From: Tunicatimonas sp.
Lineage (GTDB): Bacteria > Bacteroidota > Bacteroidia > Cytophagales > Cyclobacteriaceae
NCBI GenBank assembly: GCA_965213875.1
Contig: CBDCAN010000028.1
Coordinates: 28,706-92,705 of the forward strand
Direction: 5' to 3'
Length of the DNA: 64,000 bases
Below the pieces are notes generated by a model. That model had not been told where the DNA came from and did not search any database. It was given only the letters and a program-made list of their open reading frames with translations. Of this stretch, positions 1 through 9,114 are shown in pieces. Made by a program: the position numbers and the translations under genes. Within the stretch, counting starts at the first letter, position 1; every line of letters begins with the position of its first letter.

Positions 1-758
1 GACTCCCGCGTAGGTTGTCCGATCAGCGTGGCCGCAGGTTTGTGCAGGGCATCGGTCCAGTGGTGCCAGAGCAGCACCCGATAGTACTGCGTATCGGTGA
101 TCGCCAGTTGCCCGGCGGGACTAACCTTCACCGAATAAGGCCAAATGGCGTGCTGTGCGTCGTAGTCTCGCTCCTGAAAGGTTGGCTGTCCAATTACCTG
201 ATCAGCAGGGGCATAGTCATTCGTCGGCAGAGCATCATAAACCAGTACTCGCCGGTTACCCGTATCAGCCACCCACAACCGTTGTCCGTCGGAAGTGAGT
301 CCGTAGGGCCAGTACAAACTGCGCGACGACGGCTCACTACCAACCCCCTGCTCGTTGGGTTGATTATGACTACCATCAGCTTGCCCCAGCACCACATCGG
401 CGGGCTGACCGTGCTCAGTAGGCAGCGTGTGCCAAAGAAGTACCCGGTGATTCCAGGCATCGGCAACCAACAGCTTTTGACCGTCGGTCCACACTCCTGA
501 GGGGTACTGAAGGGTGCGGGCGCTCACGGCGGCCCCGCGGTTGCGCTCAGTATGTTCGGTAGCCGTTTGCCCCAACACCACATCCGGTGCCTGATGCGCA
601 TGTGCGGGCAGTTGGTGCCAAAGAAACACCCGGTTTTGCCCGGTATCGGATACAACCAGACAGCCACCACCCATATGTACTCCTCGTGGAGCAAGGAAAG
701 GGCTATCTGGGGCACCGTAGAAAGGCCGCCACTGCGTGCTAGGATCGGTCAGGTGCAT
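1..758 (-). CDS. NHL-repeat (beta-propeller) protein, hydrogenase-cluster accessory; 3' end runs off the window
   Basis: Not in the ORF track because no stop lies in the window. Manual translation from ATG 758: MHLTDPSTQWRPFYGAPDSPFLAPRGVH...VVSDTGQNRVFLW...PDVVLGQ...LQYPSGVWTDGQKLLVADAWNHRVLLW...ADVVLGQ...LYWPYGLTSDGQRLWVADTGNRRVLVY, i.e. repeated NHL blades. Starts 3 nt after the hypE stop. Confidence 0.88.
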   Translation of the reverse strand, partial: MHLTDPSTQWRPFYGAPDSPFLAPRGVHMGGGCLVVSDTGQNRVFLWHQLPAHAHQAPDVVLGQTATEHTERNRGAAVSARTLQYPSGVWTDGQKLLVADAWNHRVLLWHTLPTEHGQPADVVLGQADGSHNQPNEQGVGSEPSSRSLYWPYGLTSDGQRLWVADTGNRRVLVYDALPTNDYAPADQVIGQPTFQERDYDAQHAIWPYSVKVSPAGQLAITDTQYYRVLLWHHWTDALHKPAATLIGQPTRE

Positions 759-761
759 AGG

Positions 762-1829
762 TTAGCAGATTCGGGGAAGTTGTTCACCGACCAGCATATT
801 CACGACCCGGCGGCCGCCGATACCACTGGTCATCACTACCTGCCGGGGGTGCTCGGCCACCACCTCGCCAATACAGGCGGCTTGGGGGCACGCACCGTGC
901 GTGCGTAGCCGGTCTACGACGGCCTCGTGCGCTTCTTCGGCGACGACGGCCAAGAATATTCCTTCGTTGGCGACGTACAGCGGATCAAGCCCTAGCAATT
1001 CGCAGACTCCCGCTACCGACTCGGCGACGGAAATACCGGACTGCGTCAGGGCAATTCCTAATGTGCAGTCGCGCGCCAGCTCGTTGAGCACGGTCGCCAC
1101 GCCACCGCGGGTAGGATCGCGTAGCCAGCGAACGGCGGGGCCAAAGGTATCCAGCAGGTCGGCTACCGGACGGTTGAGTGGGGCGGTATCGCTTTCAATG
1201 GTGGTATCAAACTCCAGTCGCTCACGGACCGACATGATGGCCATGCCGTGGGCCGCCAGCGGCCCGCTCACAATAATTTTGTCACCGGCCTGGATACGCT
1301 GCATGTCGATCTCAGCCCGGGGGTGCAGTCTTCCGATGCCGGTGGTGTTGATAAACAACTGATCGCCCTTACCACGCTCTACGACCTTTGTATCCCCCGT
1401 AACGATCCGGACTCCCGCCTGCTGGCTCGCCGCTCGAATGGTCAGCAACACCTCCCAAAGTTCGGTCATGGGTAGCCCCTCCTCAATGATGAAGCTCAGC
1501 GACAAGAACTCAGGAATGGCTCCGCACATCGCCAAGTCGTTAACGGTTCCGTTGATCGCCAGATCACCAATGTTCCCCCCCGGAAAGAAGAGTGGCGACA
1601 CCACGAAGCTATCCGTAGTGAAGGCCGTGGGGCCCTTGAGATCAAGGAGAGCACCGTCGTGTCGGGCACCGGCGGATTCACCGTTTTCTTCCGCGAGCAC
1701 ATTGAGGATCACGTCGTCCAGCAACTTGTTGGTGAGCAGTCCGCCACTACCGTGCCCGAGGGTGACTATATCAAAGTCCAGCTGCGGCAGCGGACAGGTG
1801 AGTTGCATACGGAGGTGAGGTACACTCAT
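762..1829 (-). CDS. hypE: Hydrogenase maturation carbamoyl dehydratase HypE
   Basis: TLGHGSGG, FTTDSFVVSPLFFPGG, GDTKVV, RDPTRGG, ANEG and C-terminal LPRIC. Confidence 0.97.
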   Translation of the reverse strand: MSVPHLRMQLTCPLPQLDFDIVTLGHGSGGLLTNKLLDDVILNVLAEENGESAGARHDGALLDLKGPTAFTTDSFVVSPLFFPGGNIGDLAINGTVNDLAMCGAIPEFLSLSFIIEEGLPMTELWEVLLTIRAASQQAGVRIVTGDTKVVERGKGDQLFINTTGIGRLHPRAEIDMQRIQAGDKIIVSGPLAAHGMAIMSVRERLEFDTTIESDTAPLNRPVADLLDTFGPAVRWLRDPTRGGVATVLNELARDCTLGIALTQSGISVAESVAGVCELLGLDPLYVANEGIFLAVVAEEAHEAVVDRLRTHGACPQAACIGEVVAEHPRQVVMTSGIGGRRVVNMLVGEQLPRIC

Positions 1830-1862
1830 TATTCAATCGTTCTTGACCGGTAGGTCTATTCG

Positions 1863-2957
1863 TTATACTTCCTGTGCCTCGGCGTAGTGATAGTAAGCGG
1901 CACAAGCTCCTTCGGATGAAACCATGGGTGCCCCCAGCGGGGTGGATGGGGTACACGCTTTGCCAAACTGAGAACACTGGTGGGGTTTCTTCTGCCCCTT
2001 GAGCACCTGCCCGGCGATGCAGTCTTTACTTTCCTCAGCGTGGCTGATGTTGATCGAAAACTTAGTGTTTGCATCGTAGGCCGCCAGTTCGGGACGCACT
2101 TCGTAACCGCTGTGCGGAATGGTGCCGATGCCCCGCCACTCACGGTCAGTCACCTGAAATACCTGTTCAATCACCTGCTGGGCAGCGATGTTTCCCTCGG
2201 GCCGTACCACCCGCTTGTACTGATTCTCCAGCTCGTAGCGAGACTGCTCGAGTTGCCGCACCGTCATCAGAATCCCCTGCAGCAAATCTACCGGCTCGAA
2301 CCCGGTAATCACCACCGGAAGCTGATAGTCGTCCACGATCGGATAGTACGCGTCGATACCCATGATAGCGCAGACGTGTCCGGCGGCCAAGAACCCCTGG
2401 ATGAGGTTATGTTCGTCGTCCAGTACTGCCCGCATGGCGGGGGGCACCAGCACGTGCGAGGCTAGAATAGCATAGTTGGTGAGTCCGGCACGCTGGGCGT
2501 GTAGCACTGACAAAGCATTGGCCGGTGCGGTCGTTTCAAACCCTACGGCAAAAAACACAACCTGCCGGTCAGGATTCTCCCGCGCCAGGGTCACGGCTTC
2601 CAGCGGCGAGTACAAAATGCGCACGTCAGCTCCGGCGGCCTTGGCCTGAAGCAGACTCCGCGTGGAACCAGGCACCCGCAGCATATCGCCAAAGGAGCAC
2701 AAGATCACGTTTTCTTCTTCCGCCAAATACACCGCTTTATCGATGAGGTGAAGGGGAGTAACACAAACCGGACATCCCGGCCCGTGCACCATGGTAATTT
2801 GGTCGGGCAGCAGACTCAGCAGTCCGTTCTTGACCAAGCTGTGGGTCTGGCCACCACAAATCTCCATGATTGTCCAGGGACGGGTGACGGTTTTAGTAAT
2901 CTCCGTTAAGTACGAGCGTGCTAGTTCGGGGTCACGGTATTCGGATAAGAACTTCAT
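1863..2957 (-). CDS. hypD: Hydrogenase maturation protein HypD
   Basis: MEICGGQTH, GPGCPVCVTP, GFETTAP, PMVSSEGACAAYY. Confidence 0.97.
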   Translation of the reverse strand: MKFLSEYRDPELARSYLTEITKTVTRPWTIMEICGGQTHSLVKNGLLSLLPDQITMVHGPGCPVCVTPLHLIDKAVYLAEEENVILCSFGDMLRVPGSTRSLLQAKAAGADVRILYSPLEAVTLARENPDRQVVFFAVGFETTAPANALSVLHAQRAGLTNYAILASHVLVPPAMRAVLDDEHNLIQGFLAAGHVCAIMGIDAYYPIVDDYQLPVVITGFEPVDLLQGILMTVRQLEQSRYELENQYKRVVRPEGNIAAQQVIEQVFQVTDREWRGIGTIPHSGYEVRPELAAYDANTKFSINISHAEESKDCIAGQVLKGQKKPHQCSQFGKACTPSTPLGAPMVSSEGACAAYYHYAEAQEV

Positions 2958-3211
2958 GGTACTTCGGGGTTTAGTTCGTCGAGCTCACCGACCTCTTTAA
3001 GGTAATGAAAGGTTTCTTTGGCTTCCTTTTCATTAATCACGCTGATAGCCACGCCCACGTGCACCAGCACGTAGTCGTTCTCCTGGGCGTGGGGCACCAT
3101 TTCGAGGCTCGCTTCTTTGGTGATGCCACCAAATTGCACCCGAGCCATGCGTACGGTACCGCCGTACTGATGCTCAATAGACTTAATCTTTCCGGGAATA
3201 GCTAAACACAT
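2954..3211 (-). CDS. hypC: Hydrogenase assembly chaperone HypC
   Basis: N-terminal MCLAIPG and YVLVHVGVAI; overlaps the hypD start by 4 nt. Confidence 0.97.
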   Translation of the reverse strand: MCLAIPGKIKSIEHQYGGTVRMARVQFGGITKEASLEMVPHAQENDYVLVHVGVAISVINEKEAKETFHYLKEVGELDELNPEVP

Positions 3212-3250
3212 ATACTTAAGTAGTTTGATGATTGTGTCATATATATTTCA

Positions 3251-5578
3251 CTACGATATCGCCACTAGTGACCGGTGAGCTACTTGATCTACCGATACTG
3301 CTTGCGATTGAAGGTAATACATCAACTGCCCGAACGAAATATTTTCATCGTTCGGAGATAGCTGTTGGTGGAAATAGAGTTGATAGTCTGATAGTTGATT
3401 ATGAATCATATCAACGAGCAGTGCATTTTGAAAGACCCCACCGCTGAAGGCTATTTGCCGTATTTGCTGCTGCCGGGCCACTACCTGAATGAGGTGTACG
3501 AGTGAATAATGAAAGCGCGCCGCAATTTCTTCTTTAGACAAAATAGGCAAATCCGCTACTATTCCGTCAATCAGGGGTTCGGTAGCTATTGTCTTATCAG
3601 ATGGGTCATCCGCGTAGTAGCTACGCAGCTGGGTGTAGCCGTGGTATCCTACGTAGCGACGTGCCAACGTCTCGAGCTGTAAGGCCGCTTCTCCTTCGTA
3701 GCTCACCTTGGTGGCCAATCCTAGCAAACAGGCAACCGCATCAAACAGGCGACCCACACTGGAAGTAAGCAACCCCGCGGACTGGAGCTGGCGGCAGTAG
3801 TACTGCCACTCGACTTCGGAAAACAATGACCGTAGGTGAGCCACTGCACCACTCCGTTCGTAGGCCAAGGATAGGGCCGACAAGCGTGGCTCGCGGGCCA
3901 TCTTATCACCCAGCAGGTGCCGGAAGTAGGCTATATGCCGTACTCGTTGCGTACGCTGCGATTGCTGAACGAAGAATTCACCGCCCCATATTTGTCCGTC
4001 AGTACCCAACCCGGTTCCGTCCCATACCACCCCCAGGATCGGCTCAGTGGCCTCTATCAGATCGTGCTCCCCCAGCACCGCCGAAAAGTGCGCCTGGTGG
4101 TGAGGTACCGCTACCCAATCGGCCGAATAGTCGTTGGCTAGCTGTCGGCCGTACTGTGTCGCCGAGTACTGGGGGTGAGCGTCAGTGATAATGACCGTGG
4201 GCCGTATCCGAAACTGGGTAAAGAGGTGCTGTAGCACCTGTTGATAACGCTGTTGCGTATCGTAGTTATCCAGATCACCCAGGTACTGGCTTACGTACAT
4301 CTGCCCCTGGTGCGTAAAGGTGAAGGTACTCTTGAGTTGACTCCCTACGGCTAGCACACACGCGTCGGTGGTCACCGATGATACCGGCACAAAAGTGGGG
4401 GCCATTCCGCGAGAGCGGCGCACAACGATTCGCTGTTGTTCCTGTGGACTATACGTCACCACCGAATCATCCTGCGGTACGGCAATCGCTCGGTCGTGGG
4501 TGAGCCAGCTATCCGCTACCGTATGCAGTTGCTTTAGAGCGCCCCCCTCGGTATACGCGATAGGCGAGCCGCTCACATTACCACTGGTAGCTACCAGCGG
4601 ACGATTTACCTCGTGCAGCAGCACATCCAACAGCGGGGCATAAGGAAGCATAACCCCTACCCGATCAAGCCCTGAAGTAACCGCATCGTACGCCAAACGT
4701 TTTCGTACTGCCTTCGTCGCCGATAATAACACAACGGGTGATACGGCACCTGTCAGGGCCGCCTGCTCTGCTTCTGTCAGTGTAATGTCTTCGGATAGCA
4801 CGGCCAAGCTGGGGTATAGTACGGCCAATGGCTTGGTAGGGCGCTGCTTACGCGCACGCAGGGTAGCAACGGCCGTAGCATTAGTAGCATCACACAGTAG
4901 CAAATATCCACCGATTCCCTTTACGGCGACAATAGCGCCCTCTCGGAGCTGCGCGCCCCCTTGCTGCACCGCCGCCGATGCATCGCTAGTAACCAACGTT
5001 TGCTCACCGTCGTACAGCGTTAGTGTTACCGGACAGCGGGGGCAGCTATTGGTCTGCGCGTAGTAACGCCGGTGGGTTGGATCGTCATATTCACGTTGGC
5101 AGTCGCTGCACAGCACAAAGGGAGCCATGGTGGTGGTGGCGCGATCATAAGGCAACGCTTGGGTGATAGAATATCGAGGACCGCATTGCGTACAAGAAGT
5201 AAACGCATAATGGTAACGGCGATCGGTTGGGACGTGCAGCTCGGCGCGACACGCTTCACACAGCGCCAGGTCGGGAGTCAGCAATACAGAGGTAGTATCC
5301 GTCGCCTGACTGTGAATGATAGAGAACCCATCAAATGATTGGGGCAAAACGGCCTGCACCCGGTGGCTCGTGATCCGGGCGATCGGAGGGTGGTTGTGCA
5401 GCAGCTCGTGTACTAACGTATCGAGCAAAGTTTCGGAGGCATTTACCATCACGTGCACGCCGTCGGTTCCATTACTCACCCAGCCCGTCAGTCCGTGGCA
5501 GTGGGCCCGTTGGTATACCCACGGTCGGAAGCCAACTCCCTGTACCTGTCCCTGAATATGAATGTGATAGGTTTTCAT
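3251..5578 (-). CDS. hypF: Carbamoyltransferase HypF
   Basis: Acylphosphatase GQVQGVGFRP, zinc fingers (CEAC/CTQCGPRY, CSDC/CPRC), KGIGGY, HHQAH, SGGVFQN, PNDENISFGQ. Confidence 0.97.
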   Translation of the reverse strand: MKTYHIHIQGQVQGVGFRPWVYQRAHCHGLTGWVSNGTDGVHVMVNASETLLDTLVHELLHNHPPIARITSHRVQAVLPQSFDGFSIIHSQATDTTSVLLTPDLALCEACRAELHVPTDRRYHYAFTSCTQCGPRYSITQALPYDRATTTMAPFVLCSDCQREYDDPTHRRYYAQTNSCPRCPVTLTLYDGEQTLVTSDASAAVQQGGAQLREGAIVAVKGIGGYLLLCDATNATAVATLRARKQRPTKPLAVLYPSLAVLSEDITLTEAEQAALTGAVSPVVLLSATKAVRKRLAYDAVTSGLDRVGVMLPYAPLLDVLLHEVNRPLVATSGNVSGSPIAYTEGGALKQLHTVADSWLTHDRAIAVPQDDSVVTYSPQEQQRIVVRRSRGMAPTFVPVSSVTTDACVLAVGSQLKSTFTFTHQGQMYVSQYLGDLDNYDTQQRYQQVLQHLFTQFRIRPTVIITDAHPQYSATQYGRQLANDYSADWVAVPHHQAHFSAVLGEHDLIEATEPILGVVWDGTGLGTDGQIWGGEFFVQQSQRTQRVRHIAYFRHLLGDKMAREPRLSALSLAYERSGAVAHLRSLFSEVEWQYYCRQLQSAGLLTSSVGRLFDAVACLLGLATKVSYEGEAALQLETLARRYVGYHGYTQLRSYYADDPSDKTIATEPLIDGIVADLPILSKEEIAARFHYSLVHLIQVVARQQQIRQIAFSGGVFQNALLVDMIHNQLSDYQLYFHQQLSPNDENISFGQLMYYLQSQAVSVDQVAHRSLVAIS

Positions 5579-5623
5579 GATACGCGCTACCGAGTGTTAC
5601 TCGTTGCCTTCCGCCGTTCGTTA

Positions 5624-6343
5624 TCAAACGGTGGCAACTTCCGCCTGCTGTTGCTTTTCAGCAACTTTGCCTACTAGCCATTCGCACCACTCGTCGATAC
5701 CTTCACCGGTGGTGCTGGCTATCTGTAACACCTCAATGGTTGGATTCACGTCGCGGGCGTCTTGCACCACCGCATCGACCGAGAAGGGCAGATAAGGCAA
5801 CAAATCAGCTTTAGACACGAGCATCAGATCGCTGGTGAGAAACATCCGGGGATACTTTTTCGGTTTGTCGTCGCCTTCGGTGGTGGCCATCAGCGTTACC
5901 CGATAGTCTTCCCCCAGGTCAAATGAAGCGGGGCAGACCAGGTTTCCTACGTTCTCAACAATCAACAGCTCCACTCCGTCGAGGTCGATGTTTTCCATGG
6001 CCTGCCACACCATCTGAGCCTCCAGATGGCAGATACCTCCGGTAACGATTTGCAGAGCGTCTAGTCCGGCCTCGCGAATGCGATCAGCATCTCGCTCCGT
6101 CTCCAGATCGCCGACCAGCACTTTCGTTTTGATCCGGTCACCGATACGCTTGCCGGTTTCCTGTAATAAGGTTGTCTTGCCACTTCCGGCCGAAGAAGTA
6201 ATGTTCACCATCAGGATGTTCCGGCGCTTCATCTCTTTGCGAATATTCTCAGCCACAAAATCGTTGGCTTTCAGCAGATTCAGCGATGTGTTTTCGCACT
6301 GTACGCTGCCTCGGGCGGCCTGGGTTGACTTTTCTACTGGCAT
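5624..6343 (-). CDS. hypB: Hydrogenase nickel-insertion GTPase HypB
   Basis: SSAGSGKTT, TGGICHLEA, ENVGNLVCPASFDLGE, EGDDKPKKYP. Confidence 0.97.
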   Translation of the reverse strand: MPVEKSTQAARGSVQCENTSLNLLKANDFVAENIRKEMKRRNILMVNITSSAGSGKTTLLQETGKRIGDRIKTKVLVGDLETERDADRIREAGLDALQIVTGGICHLEAQMVWQAMENIDLDGVELLIVENVGNLVCPASFDLGEDYRVTLMATTEGDDKPKKYPRMFLTSDLMLVSKADLLPYLPFSVDAVVQDARDVNPTIEVLQIASTTGEGIDEWCEWLVGKVAEKQQQAEVATV

Positions 6344-6417
6344 ATCATTTAGAGGTTAGGGTTGAAAGAGCAGTGAATCTCTTGGGTCTTATGATCGATC
6401 CGTCTATCTCTCACTGC

Positions 6418-6768
6418 TTAATTATCATTAAAGTGTACCTGATGAATAAGTAGTTCGGTACCCTGCACAACGTTATTGTTAGGCTGGCCGCAGGATGTAC
6501 ACACAAACTTGTACTGTTGCACCTCGGAGGTAGTATCGCATGTGGTGCAGTAAATGGCGATCGGTACGGTTTCCAGATCCAAGGTTACTGCCTGATACCT
6601 TTCCTCCGTTTCCTGCCAAGCATGAAACGCGTTTTGCATCAGCACTGGTTCCACGTTTGACAACATACCCACGCGCAGGTTAATTCCCGCCAGACGACTT
6701 AGCTTTTCGGCCGGAAACTCCTCTTCCAAGGTCTTAAAAATGCTGCGTACCAATGATACCTCATGCAT
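6418..6768 (-). CDS. hypA: Hydrogenase nickel metallochaperone HypA
   Basis: MHEVSL start (ATG 6768), two CxxC motifs (CTTC, CTSC), GTELLI. Confidence 0.93.
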   Translation of the reverse strand: MHEVSLVRSIFKTLEEEFPAEKLSRLAGINLRVGMLSNVEPVLMQNAFHAWQETEERYQAVTLDLETVPIAIYCTTCDTTSEVQQYKFVCTSCGQPNNNVVQGTELLIHQVHFNDN

Positions 6769-8287
6769 AGCCTTCACTGTTTGTCGTTTGCTTAAGCACG
6801 CGCAATTGCTCCAGGTGCCGATCGGCCTCAGACTGTAAATCAGGCGCTTCCACCAACTTTTTCACTTCCTGCGCTTTTTGTAGCATGTCTTCATAGCGCG
6901 CTTGGTTGAAGCGATCACTCTCGTTTTTCACGTGCCAACTGGCCTCGAGAAAGTTGAGTAGGGTGATGGCCCGCTCGTACGGGTAATGGGTCGTACGTAC
7001 TTCCAGGGCACGGGTGAAGTATTCCAGTGCCTTTTCATAATTATCGCTGCGCAGGGCCGTCGGGTATTTCGTCAGCGCGTTGGCGTAGTTGTTACAGGTG
7101 AGGCCGTATTCGTACGGAAAGTCCTCGCGTGTGTAGTAACGCAATGCTTCCTGAAAAGAGGTCGCCGACACCGCTGCCCAAATGCTCTTTTTGTGTTGCA
7201 GCGCAGCCATTTCGGCGTACAGCACTCCCAGGTGTAAATGAATTTGGGCAAAGGTATCGGGCGTCTCATCGCGCTTAAATACCTTGAGCGCTTCCTGGTA
7301 AGCATCAATGGCCGGTTTGTAAAACTGAGGGTTACCGTTTTGTGCCCAGGTGTACAGTAGTACTCCCTTACGTAGCAAACTAGTGGCGACTAACTCGGGC
7401 AGGTCTTCGGTCTGGAAAATGGTGAGTGCCCGGTTGACGTAACCCAATGATTCAGAGTAGCTTTCGGAGATGTTAGCCAGCTCCGAAGCGTCCATAAGTA
7501 GTAGTCCAGCCTCCGTCAGCTGCTGCTGTTGTTCAAAGTAGGTGAGCGTTTCCCAAAGCAAGTGCTTGAGCGTATCTAAGCGACTTGAATCATAGGGAAC
7601 GGCCAGTTGGCTCATTTGCGCGCTTACCAGTAGTGATTTGAGCGCGTAAGAAGCCGCTTGAGACAGTGTTTTGGGAATGTGTTGTTGCAGCAAGGTTTCC
7701 GCTTCTTCAGCCTGTTGAGAATCCAATAGCAGTCCGGCGTATTGCTTCAGGGTGAAGGCATGGTGCTCATCGTCAGGGGCTACCGATAACGCCTGCTGAA
7801 AACGCGCTTGTACCTCAGCGAGTGAGACCGACGCTGGCCATAATCCGTACTGCTGAAGCAGTGCTACGTTGTGGTGCAAGCGGTACTGGCTTTCGTGGGT
7901 AGCTACCGGACTCAGCGCTTGCGCCAGCGTCTCTGATAACGGCATATTCTCTCGCAGATAGTGTCGAACGGTGAGCTCCATGAGCAGAGCAGAATGCTCT
8001 TTGAGGTAATCTCTCGCTTGCTCGTGATTGTCCAGAGCATCAAACACCACTCCCAGCAATACATCAGCTTGATAAGTTAGTGGACTGGTGAGCAGAAAGG
8101 GTATATGGTGGTTCTCCCAGTGGATAGGAATAACAATACCTCGGTCGTCCACTATAATGTCGGGAGATACGTCAGCCGCTTCGGTGGCCTCCAGCACGCG
8201 CACCAGTTCATCAAGGCGAGGTACGCTATCGATAGCGTCGACGACCGGGGCACGGTAAGGAGTAGTCGTTGTGATAGTGATCATCAT
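6761..8287 (-). CDS. Tetratricopeptide-repeat protein within the hydrogenase operon
   Basis: Helical repeats (AIDAYQEALKVF, FQEALRYY, ALEYFTRALEV); stop overlaps the hypA start. Confidence 0.82.
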   Translation of the reverse strand: MMITITTTTPYRAPVVDAIDSVPRLDELVRVLEATEAADVSPDIIVDDRGIVIPIHWENHHIPFLLTSPLTYQADVLLGVVFDALDNHEQARDYLKEHSALLMELTVRHYLRENMPLSETLAQALSPVATHESQYRLHHNVALLQQYGLWPASVSLAEVQARFQQALSVAPDDEHHAFTLKQYAGLLLDSQQAEEAETLLQQHIPKTLSQAASYALKSLLVSAQMSQLAVPYDSSRLDTLKHLLWETLTYFEQQQQLTEAGLLLMDASELANISESYSESLGYVNRALTIFQTEDLPELVATSLLRKGVLLYTWAQNGNPQFYKPAIDAYQEALKVFKRDETPDTFAQIHLHLGVLYAEMAALQHKKSIWAAVSATSFQEALRYYTREDFPYEYGLTCNNYANALTKYPTALRSDNYEKALEYFTRALEVRTTHYPYERAITLLNFLEASWHVKNESDRFNQARYEDMLQKAQEVKKLVEAPDLQSEADRHLEQLRVLKQTTNSEGYA

Positions 8288-8323
8288 AGCGTAACCCTAG
8301 CGCAATCATGGTGCGCCAGAGAT

Positions 8324-8638
8324 TTATAGAGTGACTTTTAATAATCCGGTCTGGTCCTGAACCGTGTGGTGTAGCGGTCGATCATGGTTGTCCAGCTCGT
8401 GGTCGATCAGCACTTCGTGCAGGGCGATGGTCTTATCGCCCTGCGCGTTGCGCACCTTTAGCATATGCTGGCTAGGCTGGTGCATCTTATAAAACCATTG
8501 GCGGGAAGCCGCCGTGAGCAGCAGTGTATTTTGCTCCGGCTGGTAGGCTACGTACGCCTGCGGCTCATCGCCGAACACCTGCTTCACCACGGCTGCCGGA
8601 AGGTACAGATGAGAAGATTTTAGGGAGATGGTGTCCAT
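8324..8638 (-). CDS. Conserved hypothetical hydrogenase-cluster protein (LKVRNAQGD motif)
   Basis: 104 aa, overlaps the protease gene. Resembles, from recall only, the small unnamed ORF that follows the protease in other group 2a clusters. Confidence 0.75.
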   Translation of the reverse strand: MDTISLKSSHLYLPAAVVKQVFGDEPQAYVAYQPEQNTLLLTAASRQWFYKMHQPSQHMLKVRNAQGDKTIALHEVLIDHELDNHDRPLHHTVQDQTGLLKVTL

Positions 8639-9111
8639 GCTACTTCAGCTAAAATACGCTCTACCACCTGATTGCCCGCCTGCTGCACCTCCTCTGACAT
8701 ACTCACCTCCAGACGCGTGTCCTCTACGGCGATCAGGTATACCTGAATATCTTCGGGATAGTCGTCTTGCAGCAGTTTCTTAGCGTAGGACAAGGCTTGA
8801 TCCCACTTCAGGCTGTGCAGAAAGACCATCGGATCGTCCTGCGGAGCGCGTTGCACTTCTTCCGCCGGAAGGCGATACAGAGTACCGACCGGATCACCGG
8901 TGTTGACTACCGCATCGACCAGGATGATTTGTTGATGGCCTTTCAGTTGGAACAGCACCTCAAAGGCTGAGGTACCCATGTCGAACAAGCTGATATGCTC
9001 TGCTTCCTCCAGCGGTTGCCGAAGCTGCTCAATAACGTAGATGCCTACGGCGTCGTCGCTGCGTACGGGATTGCCGAACCCCATGATAGCGATACGATGT
9101 TCGGTCGCCAT
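8620..9111 (-). CDS. Hydrogenase maturation endopeptidase (HupD/HyaD family)
   Basis: IMGFGNPVRSDDAVG, DMGT, LVDAV, HSL; immediately downstream of the large subunit; ATG at 9111. Confidence 0.93.
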   Translation of the reverse strand: MATEHRIAIMGFGNPVRSDDAVGIYVIEQLRQPLEEAEHISLFDMGTSAFEVLFQLKGHQQIILVDAVVNTGDPVGTLYRLPAEEVQRAPQDDPMVFLHSLKWDQALSYAKKLLQDDYPEDIQVYLIAVEDTRLEVSMSEEVQQAGNQVVERILAEVAWTPSP

Positions 9112-9114
9112 CAA

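Noticed and set aside
15-500. 161-aa plus-strand ORF
   Set aside because: Shadow of the minus-strand NHL-repeat gene; its apparent repeats mirror the NHL blades.
6368-6417. Imperfect inverted repeat (GCAGTGA/TCACTGC) between hypA and hypB
   Set aside because: Only about 7 bp with a long loop and no U-tract; too weak to call.
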